A stretch of DNA of 40,042 bases, taken from IMG/VR virus record IMGVR_UViG_3300029770_000022; one strand, given 5' to 3'. Every line of letters starts with the position of its first letter. The first letter of the stretch is position 1. Of the stretch, positions 24,082 through 31,884 are shown one piece after another. The notes under the pieces were generated by a model. That model saw nothing but the letters and a program-made list of their open reading frames with translations, did not search any database and had not been told where the DNA came from. Source of the DNA: a virus. The position numbers were made by a program, and so were the translations under genes.

Positions 24082-26157
24082 GTGGCGAACATCCAAACCA
24101 ATACCCGGAATACCTACTATGCCATCCTTGTCCTGACCGAGCAGAGCCAGAGCAACGCGGCAAACTCCACCACGCTGGCCTACACGCTCACGCTCTACAA
24201 CGGCAAGACCAGCTTTTCCGGCTATACCATCGGCTACCGCGTCAAGATCGACGGCGTACAGGTGGCATATCACGATAACACCGGCAACCAAACCTCCATG
24301 GGCTGGAACGAGAGCAAGCTCCTCGTGTCCGGCACGACCACCGTTGTGCATAATGATGACGGTAACAAGACCGTATCGGTCGAGATCGAGGTCTGGACGG
24401 ACAGCAATCCGTACCTGCCGATCTACATTTCCGGCTCTGGGCAAGTCAAGCTGACGCAAATCCTGCGCGAGAGCACGATCTCGGCCACGGATGCCAACAT
24501 CGGCGCAGTGTCCATGATCGCGGTCAACCGCAAATCTGCGGCCTATACGCACTCTATCCGTTACACCTTCGGAAGCCTTTCTGGCTATATCACCGCAGAC
24601 GGCGGCGTGTCCGCGTCCGAGGTCAAGCTGTCCTCCACCTACATCGGCTGGACGCTTCCGGAGAGCTTCTACGCGCAAATCCCGAACGCGAAGTCGGCCA
24701 AGTGTACGCTGACCTGCAAGACCTACTCCGGCAGCACGCAGATCGGCAGCGCCAAGACCTGCACGCTGACCTGCGTCGCAGCGGAGAGCGTTTGCGCGCC
24801 TCAAATTACGGCCAGCGTGGAAGCCTCTGACGAGCTTACCCCGACGCTAACCGGCAGCAGCACCAAGCTCATCCGCTACTGCTCCGATGCGCTTTGCACC
24901 ATCTCCGCAACCGCCCGTAACAGCGCCACGCTCAAGCAGAAGCGCATTGCCGGTCAGGTAATCGACGGCACGTCCCGCACGATCTCGGCGATTGAGGCGG
25001 ATGCGGTAACGTTTGATGCAACGGACAGCCGAGGGTATACCACCAGCGTGACGTTGTCGGTCGATCTCGTCCCGTATGTCAAGCTGACCTGCCGCGCCTC
25101 GACAACGCGCGAAACCCCGACCGGGGACAAGGTGATGCTATATATTAGCGGCAGCTGGTATAACGGCTCCTTCGGGGCAGCGGATAATACGCTCACGCTC
25201 AAATACAAGGTGGATGGCGCATCCGCATGGACGGAGGTCACGCCTACCCTCACCGGCAACACCTACAGCGCACAGGTGGAGCTGACCGGCGTCAGCTATA
25301 ACGAAACGCATACACTCTCCGTTGCAGCTGCGGACAAGCTCTCGACGGTGCAGGTTAGCGACACCATCAAGCGCGGTGTGCCGGTCTTTGACTGGGGAGA
25401 GCATGATTTTGAATTCCATATTCCGGTCTACTTCCAAGGGCAAACCTTAGAGGGAATGTTAGCTCTGAACGGCGATGCAATAACCGGAGTCCTGCCTATC
25501 ACAAAGGGCGGCACGGGTGCTAAAACGAAGGCAGATGCCCTGGCAAACCTGAAAGCCCTCCCTCTGGCTGGTGGCGCTATGGACGCGGGCAGTAAGATTA
25601 CCCATCCGGGCAATAGTTCAGCGTGGGCTGGCGGCAGAGATCTCGCTATCCTGAGACGGCCAGATGCAGTAAGAAACAGAGGCCTGTATTATCCTGTGGT
25701 ATCGTCAAAAACAGTCGATGGCGACTGGACAATAGGGACGCTGGATAATGGACTTTTCCTCAATTACACCAGTGATACAGCTTATACCAACTGGACAGGT
25801 AATACACATCAGTTTTTGTTGAATAGTGATGGAAACTTTTATTGGCCGGGAGGCGCACAAGTCCTGGTGAATGGAACACTAGGGGCTAGTGCTAGTTCAG
25901 TTCTTAGTGCTAATTTCGACGGTCGCATTTTTAAGAATCTGCTTGTAATGATACGCTCTATTTCCTATAGTGGTGACAAATATAGTTCCTTTGTATTTCC
26001 GACGATTGCGGGCGTGTGGGGACTGTTTTTGCCGACCAGCAATGACTACTATCGAGCGGCGATGACCATAAGCGGCAGCGGGGCGAGCATGTCATGCATG
26101 TTGCAACTGGACAGCAATGTGACCGGCGTGACTGCCATGATTTATGCGACTGCGTAA
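24082..26157 (+). CDS. Receptor-binding / tail fibre protein (DUF859-like N-terminus, GGTGA hinge, low-GC distal domain)
   Basis: AGGAGGTG then GTG 24082. LPITKGGTGAKTKADALANL motif at about 25491-25551. GC drops to about 42% in 25741-25800 by hand count. Confidence 0.7.
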   Translation: MANIQTNTRNTYYAILVLTEQSQSNAANSTTLAYTLTLYNGKTSFSGYTIGYRVKIDGVQVAYHDNTGNQTSMGWNESKLLVSGTTTVVHNDDGNKTVSVEIEVWTDSNPYLPIYISGSGQVKLTQILRESTISATDANIGAVSMIAVNRKSAAYTHSIRYTFGSLSGYITADGGVSASEVKLSSTYIGWTLPESFYAQIPNAKSAKCTLTCKTYSGSTQIGSAKTCTLTCVAAESVCAPQITASVEASDELTPTLTGSSTKLIRYCSDALCTISATARNSATLKQKRIAGQVIDGTSRTISAIEADAVTFDATDSRGYTTSVTLSVDLVPYVKLTCRASTTRETPTGDKVMLYISGSWYNGSFGAADNTLTLKYKVDGASAWTEVTPTLTGNTYSAQVELTGVSYNETHTLSVAAADKLSTVQVSDTIKRGVPVFDWGEHDFEFHIPVYFQGQTLEGMLALNGDAITGVLPITKGGTGAKTKADALANLKALPLAGGAMDAGSKITHPGNSSAWAGGRDLAILRRPDAVRNRGLYYPVVSSKTVDGDWTIGTLDNGLFLNYTSDTAYTNWTGNTHQFLLNSDGNFYWPGGAQVLVNGTLGASASSVLSANFDGRIFKNLLVMIRSISYSGDKYSSFVFPTIAGVWGLFLPTSNDYYRAAMTISGSGASMSCMLQLDSNVTGVTAMIYATA

Positions 26158-26169
26158 GGGGAGGGAAAA

Positions 26170-26535
26170 ATGAAAATTGAGACGGACAAAAACGGATATG
26201 TAAAAAACTATGTTATTGTCGGCGAGAGTTCTGCGTGCGGAACGGAAACGGAAATGCCGGAGGGATTTGGAGCGGACAACTACGCGGCTTACAAGCTGAT
26301 GGACGGTGCACTGGTGCTGGATGCGGACAGGCTTGCTGCCTTGCAGCTTGCAGAAAGGCAGAACGCGATCCGCGCGCGTCGAGAGCGCGAGTGCTACTCA
26401 GTGATCAACCGGGGGCAACTATGGTATGAGGGCGTCAGCATCGCGCATCTTGTTGAGCTGCGCAAGTGGTACAAGGCATGGTTGGACGCACCGGCGACGC
26501 TGATCATCCCGGACAGGCCTGCTTGGCTGGATTGA
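26170..26535 (+). CDS. Tail-fibre-associated protein (assembly chaperone-like)
   Basis: 121 aa downstream of the fibre gene. The C-terminus reads ...KWYKAWLDAPATLIIPDRPAWLD. Confidence 0.45.
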   Translation: MKIETDKNGYVKNYVIVGESSACGTETEMPEGFGADNYAAYKLMDGALVLDADRLAALQLAERQNAIRARRERECYSVINRGQLWYEGVSIAHLVELRKWYKAWLDAPATLIIPDRPAWLD

Positions 26536-26933
26536 TTGCACAATCCGGGGCAATCTCGGCGCGGTATGCCGCTGAGGGTGTCCAAATTGGGCATCCTACA
26601 ACGCAGAAAGGAGGGAGCAATACGGAAGTAGTAGACTGGATTATCCGCGTGGGGGCACTTGCCGGTGCGATTGCGGCGATTGTCGCGCTTGCCAAAAAGG
26701 TGATCGCGCCGCTCAAGGACATGAGCGCGAAGATTACGGACATTTCCGCCCGGACGGAAACAATCGAAAAGCACGACAAAGAGCAATATCTCGGCATTTT
26801 GCGTCTGACGATCATGTCGGAAGGGATGCCGATCTCCGAGCGCTTGATCGCCGGGGAGAAGTACATCAATGCAAGCGGCAACGGCGCCGTCAAGCACTAT
26901 TATCAAGAGTTGGTCAAAAATCACACAAAATAA
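26532..26933 (+). CDS. Membrane-anchored protein upstream of the holin; start codon uncertain
   Basis: One TM segment (WIIRVGALAGAIAAIVALA), then a helical region. The only in-frame candidates are TTG 26532, GTG 26649, or ATG 26466, which overlaps the upstream gene by 70 nt. Confidence 0.4.
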   Translation: MIAQSGAISARYAAEGVQIGHPTTQKGGSNTEVVDWIIRVGALAGAIAAIVALAKKVIAPLKDMSAKITDISARTETIEKHDKEQYLGILRLTIMSEGMPISERLIAGEKYINASGNGAVKHYYQELVKNHTK

Positions 26934-26946
26934 GGAGGATAATGAA

Positions 26947-27150
26947 ATGAAACTGAGCAACAAGGTCTATGACGTCCTGAAATACATCGCCCTAATCGTC
27001 CTTCCGGCGCTGGGTACTCTGTATTTCGCCCTTTCCGGTATCTGGGGGCTTCCCTATGGCGAGGAAGTCAAGGGCACAATCCTCGCCGTTGACACCGCTC
27101 TCGGCGCGATGCTGTGCATCAGCTCCGCTGCTTACAAGAAGGAGCAGTAA
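26947..27150 (+). CDS. Holin (Dp-1 family)
   Basis: GGAGG lies 8 nt upstream. KLSNKVYDVLKYIALIVLPALGTLYFALSGIWGLPYGEEV matches the Phage_holin_Dp1 consensus. Confidence 0.85.
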   Translation: MKLSNKVYDVLKYIALIVLPALGTLYFALSGIWGLPYGEEVKGTILAVDTALGAMLCISSAAYKKEQ

Positions 27151-27174
27151 GTAATCCGAAAGGAGGAGAATCAA

Positions 27175-27921
27175 ATGGCAAAAGCAAGCGAGATCATGAA
27201 ACTCGCAAAGTCTTATGTCGGTACGAAGGAAAGCCCAGCATATAGCAACAACGTCATCTTCAACACCCACTACTACGGGCATGAAGTCAGTGGCGGGAAT
27301 TATGCGTGGTGTGTCGTATTCGTTTGGGACACCTTCCGCATGGCAGGCGCGTCCAACCTGTTCTGCGACGGAAAAAAGACCGCGTGGGTCGATACCGTCC
27401 GTGACTGGGCAAAATCCAAGGGGCTGGTAGTCTCGAAAGATCAGGGGCGTCACGGCGACCTTGCCCTTTTCGATTGGAACCACAACGGTAGCGGCGACCA
27501 CATTGGATTTATCGACGCCAAAAACGCGGACAGCAGCTATCAGACCTGTGAGGGCAATACCTCCGTCGATAACAATTCCAACGGTGGCGAAGTCCAGATC
27601 AGAACCCGCTATCCGTCTGAGATCATGATGATCATCCGTCCGCAGTACGAGGCGGAGGAAATCAGCCCCACACCCACACCGACAAAGGAGGAAACAGTCA
27701 AAATGGAACTGAGAATGCTCAAGCGCGGCATGAGCGGCAACGACGTGCGTGCGGCCATGCTGCTGATGAAGGACAAGGGCTATTATCCCTGGAATATCCC
27801 GGCGACGGACAAGTTGTTCGGCGCGAAGATGGAGCAGGGGCTGAAAAAGATGCAGGCCGAGCACAACCTCGGCGTGGACGGCATGATCGGCCATAACAGC
27901 TGGACGTATCTGCTCAAGTAA
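27175..27921 (+). CDS. Endolysin: CHAP peptidase domain plus C-terminal peptidoglycan-binding domain
   Basis: NYAWCVVFVW (catalytic Cys context), GDHIGFI (His), a PTPTPT linker, and a C-terminal ...GVDGMIGHNSW PG_binding_1-like motif. Confidence 0.85.
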   Translation: MAKASEIMKLAKSYVGTKESPAYSNNVIFNTHYYGHEVSGGNYAWCVVFVWDTFRMAGASNLFCDGKKTAWVDTVRDWAKSKGLVVSKDQGRHGDLALFDWNHNGSGDHIGFIDAKNADSSYQTCEGNTSVDNNSNGGEVQIRTRYPSEIMMIIRPQYEAEEISPTPTPTKEETVKMELRMLKRGMSGNDVRAAMLLMKDKGYYPWNIPATDKLFGAKMEQGLKKMQAEHNLGVDGMIGHNSWTYLLK

Positions 27922-28169
27922 TGGCACCGCAAGCGCGGCTTCGCCTCCCACCCGAGCTGGACAGCCTGACCAAGGGCGAGATGACGCGAGCGATTGACCA
28001 GGCGAATGTTGGCGCAGAAAATGAGAAGATTGCCAGATTGTACTTTGTGGACAGAATTCCGCAGGTGGACATTGCCGCCGAGCTTTACCTCGGGAGGGCT
28101 ACCGTCCAGCGGCGCTTGCCGGGCATTCTACAAAAAATCGAGATTGCGTCAAAACGCCTGAAGAACTAA
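27921..28169 (+). CDS. Small sigma-70 region-4 / LuxR-like HTH protein
   Basis: TAATG coupling to the endolysin gene. IARLYFVDRIPQVDIAAELYLGRATVQRRL. Confidence 0.6.
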   Translation: MAPQARLRLPPELDSLTKGEMTRAIDQANVGAENEKIARLYFVDRIPQVDIAAELYLGRATVQRRLPGILQKIEIASKRLKN

Positions 28170-28172
28170 CTT

Positions 28173-28204
28173 TTCCCACCCTTCGGGGTGGGAATTATTT
28201 ATTT
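28173..28204 (+). terminator. Rho-independent terminator
   Basis: TTCCCACCC ttcg GGGTGGGAA followed by TTATTTATTT. Confidence 0.85.
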
Positions 28205-28306
28205 GATGCGCAAGTGATGCCGAAGTGAAGCACAGAGCGAGGGGGGAAATGGTAATCTCTACCTATGAGGTGGCCACCTTAAATCTTTTTTCAGGAGGAA
28301 ACTCAA

Positions 28307-28897
28307 ATGGTAGAAATCGAAAAGACCGGCGGCAACTATGCCTCCAAGGGGCTAGCAGGAACCGCGCTCGGCTTCGGCATTGGCGGCGCTGCGCTTGCTC
28401 TGGCAAACGGCGGGCTTGGACTTCTCGGTGCAAGCCGCACGATGGGCGCTGCCCCATACGGCGGCGGTTGCAGCGAGAACACGCCCGTCAGCCGTTACGA
28501 GCTGGGGCAGGAGCAGAAGATCGCGGAATTGCAGTCCCAGATCGCACTCCGCGACGCCAACACCTACGGCGATCAGAAGATGCTTGAGATGTACAAGTAC
28601 ATCGACGGGCAGTTGAAGGACGTGCGCTCTGCACTCTGCTCGCAGGCCGTACACAATCAGCGCACGGAGGACAGCTTCGCGCTGGTGCGGCAGGACGTGG
28701 AATGCGTCAAGAAGGAGTGCCTTGCTGCGGTTGATCGCGAGGCTGAACGCCGCTGCTGTGGCGACAACTCCATCGTGACATACGCAAACGCAACCTTTTA
28801 CCCCAAGCAGGTCGCGGACGTCACCACCGGAACCGCCACAACGGCGCAGACGCTCTACAACCCGATCCCGAAGTGCGGGGGCTGCTGCTGCAAGTAA
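28307..28897 (+). CDS. Glycine-zipper membrane segment + coiled coil + Cys-rich tail protein (unknown function)
   Basis: CAGGAGG SD. GLAGTALGFGIGGAALALANGGLGLLGA, then a heptad-like region, then RRCCGDN...KCGGCCCK at the C-terminus. Confidence 0.65.
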   Translation: MVEIEKTGGNYASKGLAGTALGFGIGGAALALANGGLGLLGASRTMGAAPYGGGCSENTPVSRYELGQEQKIAELQSQIALRDANTYGDQKMLEMYKYIDGQLKDVRSALCSQAVHNQRTEDSFALVRQDVECVKKECLAAVDREAERRCCGDNSIVTYANATFYPKQVADVTTGTATTAQTLYNPIPKCGGCCCK

Positions 28898-28953
28898 GCG
28901 CAAAAAGGGGCGGCAGTAGCCGCCCCGAGCCTTAAAACAGGAGGTTATACACT

Positions 28954-29301
28954 ATGGCAAAGATGGAAAACGTTCAGTCTGGCATTGCGAGATTTATCGA
29001 CCGCGACATTGCTCCGAGCCTCTCCGGTTGGGACAGAGTGATTATTGCGGCAGGCGGAGGCATTCTGGCCGCACGTTTGCCGGAAATCCTCGCGCAGTAC
29101 GCCGAGAGACCGATTTTCGCGGCGATGCGCATCTATGACCCTGAAAGCCGAGAGGTGGACATTGATGCCCTCTATCAGGCCGCAAAGCCGTATATGGGCA
29201 CCGATCCGCTGCCGCTCAAGATTCCGGCGCTGAACGTCACAATAAAAATGGGCAAGAAGGAAATCGACACCCTTTACACCTACATCAAGGAGGAGCTATA
29301 A
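28954..29301 (+). CDS. Hypothetical protein
   Basis: GGAGG SD, 115 aa. Confidence 0.6.
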   Translation: MAKMENVQSGIARFIDRDIAPSLSGWDRVIIAAGGGILAARLPEILAQYAERPIFAAMRIYDPESREVDIDALYQAAKPYMGTDPLPLKIPALNVTIKMGKKEIDTLYTYIKEEL

Positions 29302-29610
29302 ATGAAAACGATAGAGCTTTTGATGGATCACATCGAGGACGAGCTGAACGATGCCTGCACCTATGCAAAGCTGGCGCTGGAATATAAGGGCACGGACCCG
29401 GAGATGGCAAACCTTTTCTACAAGCTTTCCGGGGAAGAAATGTCGCACATGACCGCTCTGCACAACTGCGTAGTGAGCCATATCGACGCCTACAAGCGCA
29501 CTCACGGCGAAGTACCAGAGGCCATGCGGGCCGTGTATGATCACCTGCACAAGCGCCAGGTTGACCGTGCGGAGAGAATCGAAATTATGCAAGCAATGTA
29601 CAAAAAGTAG
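29302..29610 (+). CDS. Ferritin-like / four-helix-bundle small protein
   Basis: Starts 1 nt after the upstream stop. Paired EDELNDA and EEMSHM helices suggest a di-metal-type bundle (weak call). Confidence 0.5.
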   Translation: MKTIELLMDHIEDELNDACTYAKLALEYKGTDPEMANLFYKLSGEEMSHMTALHNCVVSHIDAYKRTHGEVPEAMRAVYDHLHKRQVDRAERIEIMQAMYKK

Positions 29611-29622
29611 CCCACCATAATG

Positions 29623-29655
29623 ATATTGCCGCCCCAAAGGCGGCAATATTTTTTT
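29623..29655 (+). terminator. Rho-independent terminator
   Basis: ATTGCCGCC ccaaa GGCGGCAAT followed by ATTTTTTT. Confidence 0.85.
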
Positions 29656-29665
29656 GCAGGGGGGG

Positions 29666-29694
29666 TTGACGTGATTGTAATCGTAATATATACT
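29666..29694 (+). promoter_or_regulatory. Sigma-70 type promoter TTGACG-17-TATACT
   Basis: -35 at 29666-29671 and -10 at 29689-29694, 76 nt upstream of ATG 29771. Confidence 0.6.
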
Positions 29695-29770
29695 ATAACT
29701 GTAACGCATAAGCAACGACAACCGCGGAAAAATTAAGCCCCCGCAAGAAATTATCAGGGAGGATGCAACA

Positions 29771-30079
29771 ATGTCAAACATGTCGAACGACGAAATCAAA
29801 GCCCTCGCAGAGATTTTCGCTTTGTGTTACAAGGCGACCAATAGCCGAAACGATGCAGACTTAGGTAGTGCTATGGTATTCCCGTTCCGGTATGCGACAC
29901 AGTACGTCAGAAAACTGCATATGCTCGGCAAGGCAACGCCGGAGCTGGAGGACAGAATTCGCAAGGCTTACGACAGAGTCCATTATGTGCCGGACGATAT
30001 GTCCAAAGGTGTCCCAACCTCACAACAAGGCGTTTGGATGCAGGAGTTCTACCGCGTCAAATTTGAGAACGCCGAATAA
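29771..30079 (+). CDS. Hypothetical protein with its own promoter (moron)
   Basis: GGGAGG SD, 102 aa. Isolated between a terminator/promoter pair and the integrase end. Confidence 0.6.
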   Translation: MSNMSNDEIKALAEIFALCYKATNSRNDADLGSAMVFPFRYATQYVRKLHMLGKATPELEDRIRKAYDRVHYVPDDMSKGVPTSQQGVWMQEFYRVKFENAE

Positions 30080-30257
30080 ATTATTTGTTGCTTGTGCTTG
30101 CAGTTTCCGGCGGAACATGATATGATTGAAACAGCTCAATGGGCGCGCTCCCGCAGTCACCCTTCCTCGCGAAGGGTGTGGATTGAAATACTGTCTAATA
30201 CATTTGAGCATCCTACCATGAATTGCCAGGGTTTCGTATCCTCGGCAATTTTCACAG

Positions 30258-30292
30258 GAAAAAGCCCCCTCCGCTGCTTACGGAGGGGGCTT
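30258..30292 (-). terminator. Terminator of the integrase transcript (12-bp stem)
   Basis: AAGCCCCCTCCG ctgctta CGGAGGGGGCTT. A T-run follows on the minus strand. Confidence 0.75.
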
Positions 30293-30295
30293 GAC

Positions 30296-31873
30296 TTATC
30301 TTCGCAATAGAAATCCGATTGCTCCATTCAGAATTATGAGTTTCCCGTGTTCGGATAAGTCTGTAATTGGCAGGGCATTTGATGATAAATCCGAACAGGC
30401 CGCCCACCCGGTAGCATCGATCATGTCGATGTAACTTACCTGTTTGCAATCCTTGACATTAAAGAAAATAGCTACTCGATCATCATACAGATATACCGCA
30501 TTTACAAATATTTCGACTATTTTTTTCCGGTACTCGTCGTCCATCAGATCCCCGCGCCGCATTGACCGGAGCCATTTGGCAACATCATCTTTCTTGATCT
30601 CGACACGGCTGGCAATGCGCAGGGAGGATAAGTCATCCTCCAACTGTGCGCGGTATTGCTCCGCTTCCTCAATTCTCGCATTGATGCGCTTGACGGCGGC
30701 ATCTGCCGAGGTCTTGATCAGTGCGTCGACAAGCTTATCTAATTCTGCATCTGCGTCTTTTATTTTCTTTTCCAGGCGCTTTATTCCGGACGCATCAAAG
30801 CTTTTTTTGTATTCTGCTACAACGGCGTCGGCAATCTCCTCGATGCGGGAATCCGTTAGGACATACTCCGTTATCTGCTCTGCGATGTACCACTCTAAAA
30901 AGTCCTTGCGCTCGTTTTTCTTTTTACATCCGTGGCGCTTTTTCTTCTCGGCGCAGGCGTAGTAATTGTAGACTGTTCCGGATTTGCTTTTTCCGCTCTC
31001 GCCGACCATTGGTGCTCCGCAGTGCCCGCAGAAAAGTTTCCCGTGTAGGATATATTCGACCTTTGCTTTTTCGTGTCCCGGCGCTCTTGCCTTCAGCGCA
31101 AGGCGCTTTTTTGCGCGCTCCTTCAGCTCCAGCGGCACGATTGGCGGGTATAGGTCTGCCACAACAAGCTCGTCCTTAAACAAAAATGCCCCGGCGTACT
31201 TGTCATTTGCTATCATCCTGGCAATAGCATTCATGGTAAAATCCGCGCCCTTGCGCGTGTGATATCCTCTGCTCTTGCACTCATTTATGATCTCTCTCGA
31301 GGGTCTCCCCTCGGCGTATGCCTCGTGGATAAACCTTACAACCTCCGCTTCCCTGTCTACGATAACATACCGCTTTCCTTGTAGGCGATACCCATACGGA
31401 GCCATGCCCCCGAGAGAAAGCCCCTTCTCCGCATTCTGCCGCATCCCGCGCCGGACATTTTGCGATAGCTGGCGGCTGTATTCCTCGGCCATGGCTTCAA
31501 GGATGGCCTCAAGCAGGATGCTCTCATTCCCCTCGTCGATGCCCTCCGTTACGGAGAGGACGCGAACGCCGTATTTACGCAGCTCTTTTTTGTAGATTGC
31601 GCTGTCGTAACGGTTGCGGGCAAAGCGGTCGAGCTTCCAGACAAGAATGTACTGGAAGGTCTTTTTCTTTGCGTCGGCAATCATCTGCTGGAACGCCGGT
31701 CTCGTTTCTGCATGCCTGCCGGAGATTGCCCGGTCGGCATACTCCTGCACCACGCGGAAGCCCCGCTGCGCGGCAAACTCGCGGCACGTCTTTACTTGTC
31801 CTTCAATGGATTGATCGTTCTGCCCTGCTGAGCTGTATCTGGCATAAACGACAACATCTGCAAGCGTATCCAT
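30296..31873 (-). CDS. int: Large serine recombinase (integrase)
   Basis: N-terminal resolvase domain VVYARYSSAGQNDQSIEGQ...LVWKLDRFARN, a recombinase domain, a CGHCG...C...C zinc ribbon, and a C-terminal coiled coil. 525 aa. Confidence 0.9.
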   Translation of the reverse strand: MDTLADVVVYARYSSAGQNDQSIEGQVKTCREFAAQRGFRVVQEYADRAISGRHAETRPAFQQMIADAKKKTFQYILVWKLDRFARNRYDSAIYKKELRKYGVRVLSVTEGIDEGNESILLEAILEAMAEEYSRQLSQNVRRGMRQNAEKGLSLGGMAPYGYRLQGKRYVIVDREAEVVRFIHEAYAEGRPSREIINECKSRGYHTRKGADFTMNAIARMIANDKYAGAFLFKDELVVADLYPPIVPLELKERAKKRLALKARAPGHEKAKVEYILHGKLFCGHCGAPMVGESGKSKSGTVYNYYACAEKKKRHGCKKKNERKDFLEWYIAEQITEYVLTDSRIEEIADAVVAEYKKSFDASGIKRLEKKIKDADAELDKLVDALIKTSADAAVKRINARIEEAEQYRAQLEDDLSSLRIASRVEIKKDDVAKWLRSMRRGDLMDDEYRKKIVEIFVNAVYLYDDRVAIFFNVKDCKQVSYIDMIDATGWAACSDLSSNALPITDLSEHGKLIILNGAIGFLLRR

Positions 31874-31884
31874 TTTTTGTCTCC

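Noticed and set aside
26607-26617. Strong SD-like AAAGGAGGGAG taken as the RBS of the pre-holin membrane protein.
   Set aside because: No ATG, GTG or TTG occurs in any useful frame within about 30 nt downstream. It probably just encodes QKGGS. The ambiguity is kept as a finding rather than a call.
28907-28926. GC-rich hairpin GGGGCGGC agta GCCGCCCC as a plus-strand intrinsic terminator.
   Set aside because: No U-tract follows it on the plus strand; the A-run precedes it. It may still pause or stabilise RNA, so it is mentioned only as a boundary of the moron.
30200-30260. tRNA-like fragment (agggtttcgtatcctcgg) as an attachment-site remnant.
   Set aside because: It only loosely resembles a T-arm (GGTTCGAATCC), and no acceptor stem or other arms are present. 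Serine integrases do not typically use tRNA 3' ends.
30092-30310. 72-aa plus-strand ORF, and the 63-aa minus-strand ORF 30020..30211, in the region downstream of the integrase.
   Set aside because: Neither has an SD, the composition is poor, and they run across the integrase terminator hairpin. The region is treated as non-coding and a candidate attP.
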